Shown in pieces: positions 59,389 to 64,000 of a stretch of DNA of 64,000 nt. Location of the stretch: the NCBI GenBank assembly GCA_049521795.1, contig JBEKOM010000001.1:448001-512000 (forward strand). The letters run 5' to 3'. The stretch is from Candidatus Bathyarchaeia archaeon (GTDB lineage: Archaea; Thermoproteota; Bathyarchaeia; Bathyarchaeales; Bathycorpusculaceae). Below the pieces are notes generated by a model. That model ran no database searches and had not been told where the DNA came from. It saw nothing but the letters and a program-made list of their open reading frames with translations. Each line of letters starts with the position of its first letter. Position 1 is the first letter of the stretch. Made by a program: the position numbers and the translations under genes.

Positions 59389-59669
59389 TATTCTTCCTCT
59401 GTTTCTTTATCACAGAAAACCGTCAGAGACTTAAAGTTTTCTAACGAGGCGAAAGAGAAAGACTAAGGTTTACGATTCATGTGCAACCTAGCGCGCTAGT
59501 GTTTCCGTTTCATCGCTTGTTTTTCATTCAGAAGAGTTGCAGCAAAGTATCAGATGAGTCGCCAATCGTCTTTCTTTCAATTATTGATTCTGTATTCACA
59601 ACTCTCTTATGCAGCGTGTTTCCTAAGAAACGTGTTCGATATTCCGTGCGTACGCGGATAGGGGAGTCG

Positions 59670-62420
59670 ATGCTGATGACGGAGCCAACAATCCAACAGA
59701 AAGTTGATTCTACTGGAGTACTCCTGAATCTGACCGATGGGGAGCACGTGCATGTCTTACATGTGGACGATGATTCCTGCTGTTTGAAGGTCGCCAAAGA
59801 GTGCTTAGAGCTGCAAGGCAAACTTCGGGTAGACACTGCGCTATCTGTCGATGAAGCTGTCGAAAAAATGAAGAACGAGAAGTACGACGTGGTCATTTGC
59901 GACTACGCGATGCCAGGGAAAGACGGTCTTGAGTTTCTGAAAGACCTGCGGGAAGCTGGAAACGACATTCCATTCATTATATTCACTGGGGAAGGCAGAG
60001 AAGAAGTTGCAATCAGGGCGTTAAATCTTGGCGCCGACCGATATTTCAACAAAGTAGGCGAGCCAGGAACAGTGTACGGTGAACTGGCGCACAGCGTACT
60101 CCAAGTCGTTAAGGGCAGAAAAAGAGAGGAGGCGCTTGGAGCCAGTGAAGACTATCTGAAAGCAATACTTTCTTCTATCTTCACAGGGGTTCTGATCATA
60201 GATGCAGAAACGCATGAAATCATGGACGTGAATTCCAACGCGTTAGAAGCAATAGGCGCTTCAAGAGAGCATGTAATCGGAAGAGTGTGCCACAACTTCA
60301 TCTGTCCAGCTCAAAAGGGAAAATGTCCGATCACTGACTTGAGAGAGACTGTTGACAAGTCAGAACGCGTGTTGCAAAGAGCAGACGGCGGAAAGATTCC
60401 GATTCTTAAGACTGTTGTGACGATGACGTGGAAAGGCCACAAGTACATGGTGGAAAGCTTCGTCGACATCACCGAACGCAAAAAAGTCGAACGAGCGTTG
60501 CGGGAGAACCAGGAGAAGTTCAAACAACTGTTCATGGATAGTCCTGAAGCAGCTGTTTACACAGACCCAAATTCCCGTATCTCAGACGTCAACCCTCGCT
60601 TCACGGAACTCTTTGGGTACTCACTAGATGAGGTCAAAGGAAAAAACATTAACCATGTTGTTGTGCAGGACGACAAGATTGAAGAGGCAGAAATGCTGGA
60701 CAGAACGTCCTTAGAAGGATGTCTTTATCACGAAACCGTCAGAAAGAGGAAAGACGGATCCTTAGTTCCAGTTTCGATTTCCGTTGCTCCAATCACGTTT
60801 GAAGGCAAAACAATCGGAACTGTCGGGCTGTACAGGGACATTACAGAAAGGAAACATTATGAAAGAAGCCTTTCAGCCTTGAACAACTACAGTCAGAGCC
60901 TAAACATGGCAAACAGCGTGCAAGAAATCTGCGGGCTCGCCCTGGACGCTGCACAGAAAACTCTGGGATTCAAATTCGCCGACTTTCTCGTAATAGAAGG
61001 AAAAAATCTCCACTTAGTAGAAAATCGAGGACGCTCCAAGGACTTCACAGTCACCCTGCCAATGGATGGGGACAGAGGCGTCACGGTCAAAGTGGCAAAA
61101 ACAGGTGAAACTATTCTCGTTCGAGATACCAGTGAAGAAGCGGCTTATGTCAAATTCGGAGAAAACATCCACTCAGAACTCGCCGTGCCCATAAAGGTTG
61201 GGAACGAAGTTCTCGGAGTTTTAAACGTGGAAAGCAATGAATGGAATGCTTTCAACGAAAAAGATCAGGAACTCCTTGAAATCTTGGCGTCGCACGCTGC
61301 CACTGCAATGATCAAACTAGAATATTCTAAGAATCTGGAAGCCTATGCGCAGGAAATTCGGGAGAGTCAACAGAAGTTTGAGAAACTGTTCATGGACAAT
61401 CCTGAAGCAATGGTCTATATGGATTCAAGTTTTTGCATCCTGGAGATCAATCCGCACTTCACCAAACTCTTCGGATATTCTCCAGCCGAGGTCAGGGGCA
61501 AACACATCAACGACATGATAGTGCCAACGGACAGAATGGAACAGGCTAAAATGTTCGACGAAAGGGCCAGTAAGGGAGAGACGTATCATGAGGACACCGT
61601 TAGAAAGAGGAAGGATGGGACTCTGATTCCGGTTGCCTTTTCGACGGCTCCCATAGCCGTTGGAGGTCAGATCATAAACCACACGGCGGTGTACAAGGAC
61701 ATTTCTCAGCTGAAGAAGGCAGAGGAAGGGTTGAGACAGACGCTGAAAAGGCTGGAAACGATGAACGAAAAACTGTGCGTCGTCGGCAGGCTGAGTCGGC
61801 ATGACGTTCGAAACAAACTCTCCGCAGTTGTCGGGAACACATACTTAGCGAAAAAGAAGCTGCCTGCAAACAGTGACGTCCTAGAATATCTCGCAGGGAT
61901 AGAAACAGCTGTTCTGCAAGCGGTGAGGATTTTCGATTTTGCAAGAGCATACGAGATGCTAGGAGCTGAAGAATTAGTGTACGTAGGTGCAGAGAAAACC
62001 ATTAACGAGGCTGTTTCGCTCTTTTCCGACCTGCACGGCGTAAAAGTGACGAACGAATGTCATGGTTTACACCTTCTAGCTGACTCTCTGTTAAGAGAGC
62101 TCTTCTACAATCTTATCGATAATTCATTGAAGTACGGAAAAAAGATCACCCAAATCAGAATTTGCTACGAGAAAAGCGAAGACCAGCTCAGACTCGTTTA
62201 TGAAGATGACGGCGTCGGCATAACTCCCGATGAGAAACTCAACCTTTTCAAGGAAGGAATCGGAAAAGGCACCGGCTACGGCCTGTATCTCACCAAGAAA
62301 ATGATGGAAGTCTACGGCTGGACAATACAGGAAACAGGTCAAACTGGACAAGGAGCCCGATTCCTCATAACCGTACCTACCATAAACGAAAAAGGGAAAG
62401 CAAACTACAAGCTCGACTAG
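59670..62420 (+). CDS. Hybrid sensor histidine kinase (receiver-PAS-PAS-GAF-PAS-kinase)
   Basis: HVDDD/CDYAMP receiver, PAS repeats with DITERK, GAF (SELAVPI...LNVES), RHDVRNKL, NLIDNSLKYG, DDGVG, GTGYGL. Confidence 0.93.
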   Translation: MLMTEPTIQQKVDSTGVLLNLTDGEHVHVLHVDDDSCCLKVAKECLELQGKLRVDTALSVDEAVEKMKNEKYDVVICDYAMPGKDGLEFLKDLREAGNDIPFIIFTGEGREEVAIRALNLGADRYFNKVGEPGTVYGELAHSVLQVVKGRKREEALGASEDYLKAILSSIFTGVLIIDAETHEIMDVNSNALEAIGASREHVIGRVCHNFICPAQKGKCPITDLRETVDKSERVLQRADGGKIPILKTVVTMTWKGHKYMVESFVDITERKKVERALRENQEKFKQLFMDSPEAAVYTDPNSRISDVNPRFTELFGYSLDEVKGKNINHVVVQDDKIEEAEMLDRTSLEGCLYHETVRKRKDGSLVPVSISVAPITFEGKTIGTVGLYRDITERKHYERSLSALNNYSQSLNMANSVQEICGLALDAAQKTLGFKFADFLVIEGKNLHLVENRGRSKDFTVTLPMDGDRGVTVKVAKTGETILVRDTSEEAAYVKFGENIHSELAVPIKVGNEVLGVLNVESNEWNAFNEKDQELLEILASHAATAMIKLEYSKNLEAYAQEIRESQQKFEKLFMDNPEAMVYMDSSFCILEINPHFTKLFGYSPAEVRGKHINDMIVPTDRMEQAKMFDERASKGETYHEDTVRKRKDGTLIPVAFSTAPIAVGGQIINHTAVYKDISQLKKAEEGLRQTLKRLETMNEKLCVVGRLSRHDVRNKLSAVVGNTYLAKKKLPANSDVLEYLAGIETAVLQAVRIFDFARAYEMLGAEELVYVGAEKTINEAVSLFSDLHGVKVTNECHGLHLLADSLLRELFYNLIDNSLKYGKKITQIRICYEKSEDQLRLVYEDDGVGITPDEKLNLFKEGIGKGTGYGLYLTKKMMEVYGWTIQETGQTGQGARFLITVPTINEKGKANYKLD

Positions 62421-62649
62421 TTCCTCGTCACAAGTCAAATCATTTAAGCATCCAGTGTTCGCGGTTTTTACCAGAAAATTCGCGCTCCAATTTTAGCCAT
62501 ACCTCCACAAACGCTCAAATCATGCCTTCTTGACCGAAATAAGTCTGCATAATGCCTGCGTTTAGTGATGCTCCAGCCAGGCCTTGAATCATGCAGACGC
62601 GTGCACATCACTGCGCCAATGGGTACAGACACATTTCAGAACATAACTC

Positions 62650-63939
62650 TTATCGTCGCAGAGTCTCTTCGAGCCTGAAGTACATCGCTGCGCCTATCCC
62701 TCTGCCTACGGTTGAGATGAAATAGACGATCTGTAGCCCTGCAACCAAGCCGAACAAGCCTATCATGTAGTCTGATAAGTATCCGCCGATGAGTGAGCCG
62801 AAGAAAGTCACTATGCCCATGATGAGGTTGAATACTGCTGTGAAGCTTCCGCGAGATTCTGCCGGGGAGACATCAATCAGATAGGCTGTTATCGATGCTG
62901 ACCCCAGAGCTTGGGAGAAACCCCAAAAGACCCCTACAATTATCAGCGAGTTGACACTTGGAAACAGTGCGTACGCCAGAGGCACTGTTACGAGGCTGAA
63001 CCTGAAGAACACCATCAGTGGCTTTCTCCCAACAGTGTCCGCAAGCCGTCCAGCCCAACCTTGGAAGATTATGGTTATGACAGTTTGAACCACGCTCAGC
63101 AGGGCTATTTGCAGCCAGGAAGCGTTCAAGATCCTGATCTGAGTAATAGCGAACAGTGGCCAAGCGATGGACATGGAAAAGTTGAACACTCCTTCCACGT
63201 AACAGTACCTTACGAAGCTGGGCGTCTTCTTGGCAGACTTCAAAATGTCGAACACGTCCGTGGTCACGTTCCGTTTCAAGTCCAGTCTGGCCGCGTTGCC
63301 TTTCTCCTTTATTTTCAGCATGACTAACGATGATGCCACTCCGAAGACTGCGGCAACAACCAGTGGAACGAAAAGCACTTGTTGGATTGTTCCGTGGATG
63401 TATATCATGAAGATGCCTGAGGCCAGAGTGGCAACTGTTCCCCCTATTGAAGCCCAATAGTTGATCGACGCGTTTTCCTTTCCCAATCTGAGATGGGGAA
63501 CCAAGTCTCCTATCAGAGCCGTCCAAGCCGGGGTTGCCATCGAACCTAAGAGCGCTTGGATTGCCAAAAGCACGATGAGCTGACCTGCGTTCGTCACGAA
63601 TATCATCGGAACCCACAGGAATGACAGGATCAGTCCGCCGAAGACGATGAAGGACACTCTGCGTTTGCTTCTGTCACTCATTATTCCCCAGAAAACCTGC
63701 ATAAGATTGTTCGTGATGTTAGTTGAGGATTGAAACCAACCCATGTCCGAGGAAGAAGCGCCGAGGTCCACAGCGTAAGCACCCATAAAAGGGTTCACCA
63801 TTCCGCCGCTTATCGAATTAACAACCGACCTTGCATACAGAGGTTTCAGGTCCGACTCAGTCCTCTTCTCCTCTGAGGTTTCCTTCCTTTCCACTGTGAC
63901 TTCACACACATTCAGTTTTGATTCTCCACTTAGAAGCAA
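62650..63939 (-). CDS. MFS transporter
   Basis: About 12 TM helices with WGIMSDRSKRR and AGRLADTVGRK motif A copies. Confidence 0.9.
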   Translation of the reverse strand: MLLSGESKLNVCEVTVERKETSEEKRTESDLKPLYARSVVNSISGGMVNPFMGAYAVDLGASSSDMGWFQSSTNITNNLMQVFWGIMSDRSKRRVSFIVFGGLILSFLWVPMIFVTNAGQLIVLLAIQALLGSMATPAWTALIGDLVPHLRLGKENASINYWASIGGTVATLASGIFMIYIHGTIQQVLFVPLVVAAVFGVASSLVMLKIKEKGNAARLDLKRNVTTDVFDILKSAKKTPSFVRYCYVEGVFNFSMSIAWPLFAITQIRILNASWLQIALLSVVQTVITIIFQGWAGRLADTVGRKPLMVFFRFSLVTVPLAYALFPSVNSLIIVGVFWGFSQALGSASITAYLIDVSPAESRGSFTAVFNLIMGIVTFFGSLIGGYLSDYMIGLFGLVAGLQIVYFISTVGRGIGAAMYFRLEETLRR

Positions 63940-64000
63940 AGCGGACTTAAAAACCGATGTGCTCCATGATCACTTCAAGCGAACACAGAACTTGCCAACA

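Overview
Archaeal chromosomal segment. Archaeal-type ThrRS, ProRS, NAC, ApgM, PGK, CTP-dependent riboflavin kinase and two tungsten-type aldehyde:ferredoxin oxidoreductases are present. The gene content suggests Bathyarchaeia, but that is inference only. Two housekeeping and metabolic blocks (about 1-26.2 kb and 43.4-64 kb) cover translation, amino-acid fermentation, threonine-to-glycine catabolism, lower glycolysis with a bacterial-type GAPDH, alpha-glucan metabolism, ThyX and a sensor kinase. Between them lies a patchwork accessory/defence island of about 17 kb (about 26.2-43.4 kb). It carries a Fic protein, a RelE-type toxin-antitoxin pair, an M16 peptidase pair, a PLD nuclease fused to a putative modified-DNA reader, an EVE-domain remnant, an HNH nuclease and several gene fragments. 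The two strongest candidates for something undescribed are (1) a TIR-TPR protein ending in Cys-Gly5 followed by an intein-like Hint domain, next to a divergent radical SAM gene, and (2) a recurring palindromic GCGCGCGC motif at cassette boundaries and at gene-truncation points in the island. I found no integrase, tRNA, rRNA or CRISPR array. All calls come from reading motifs by eye; no database search was run.
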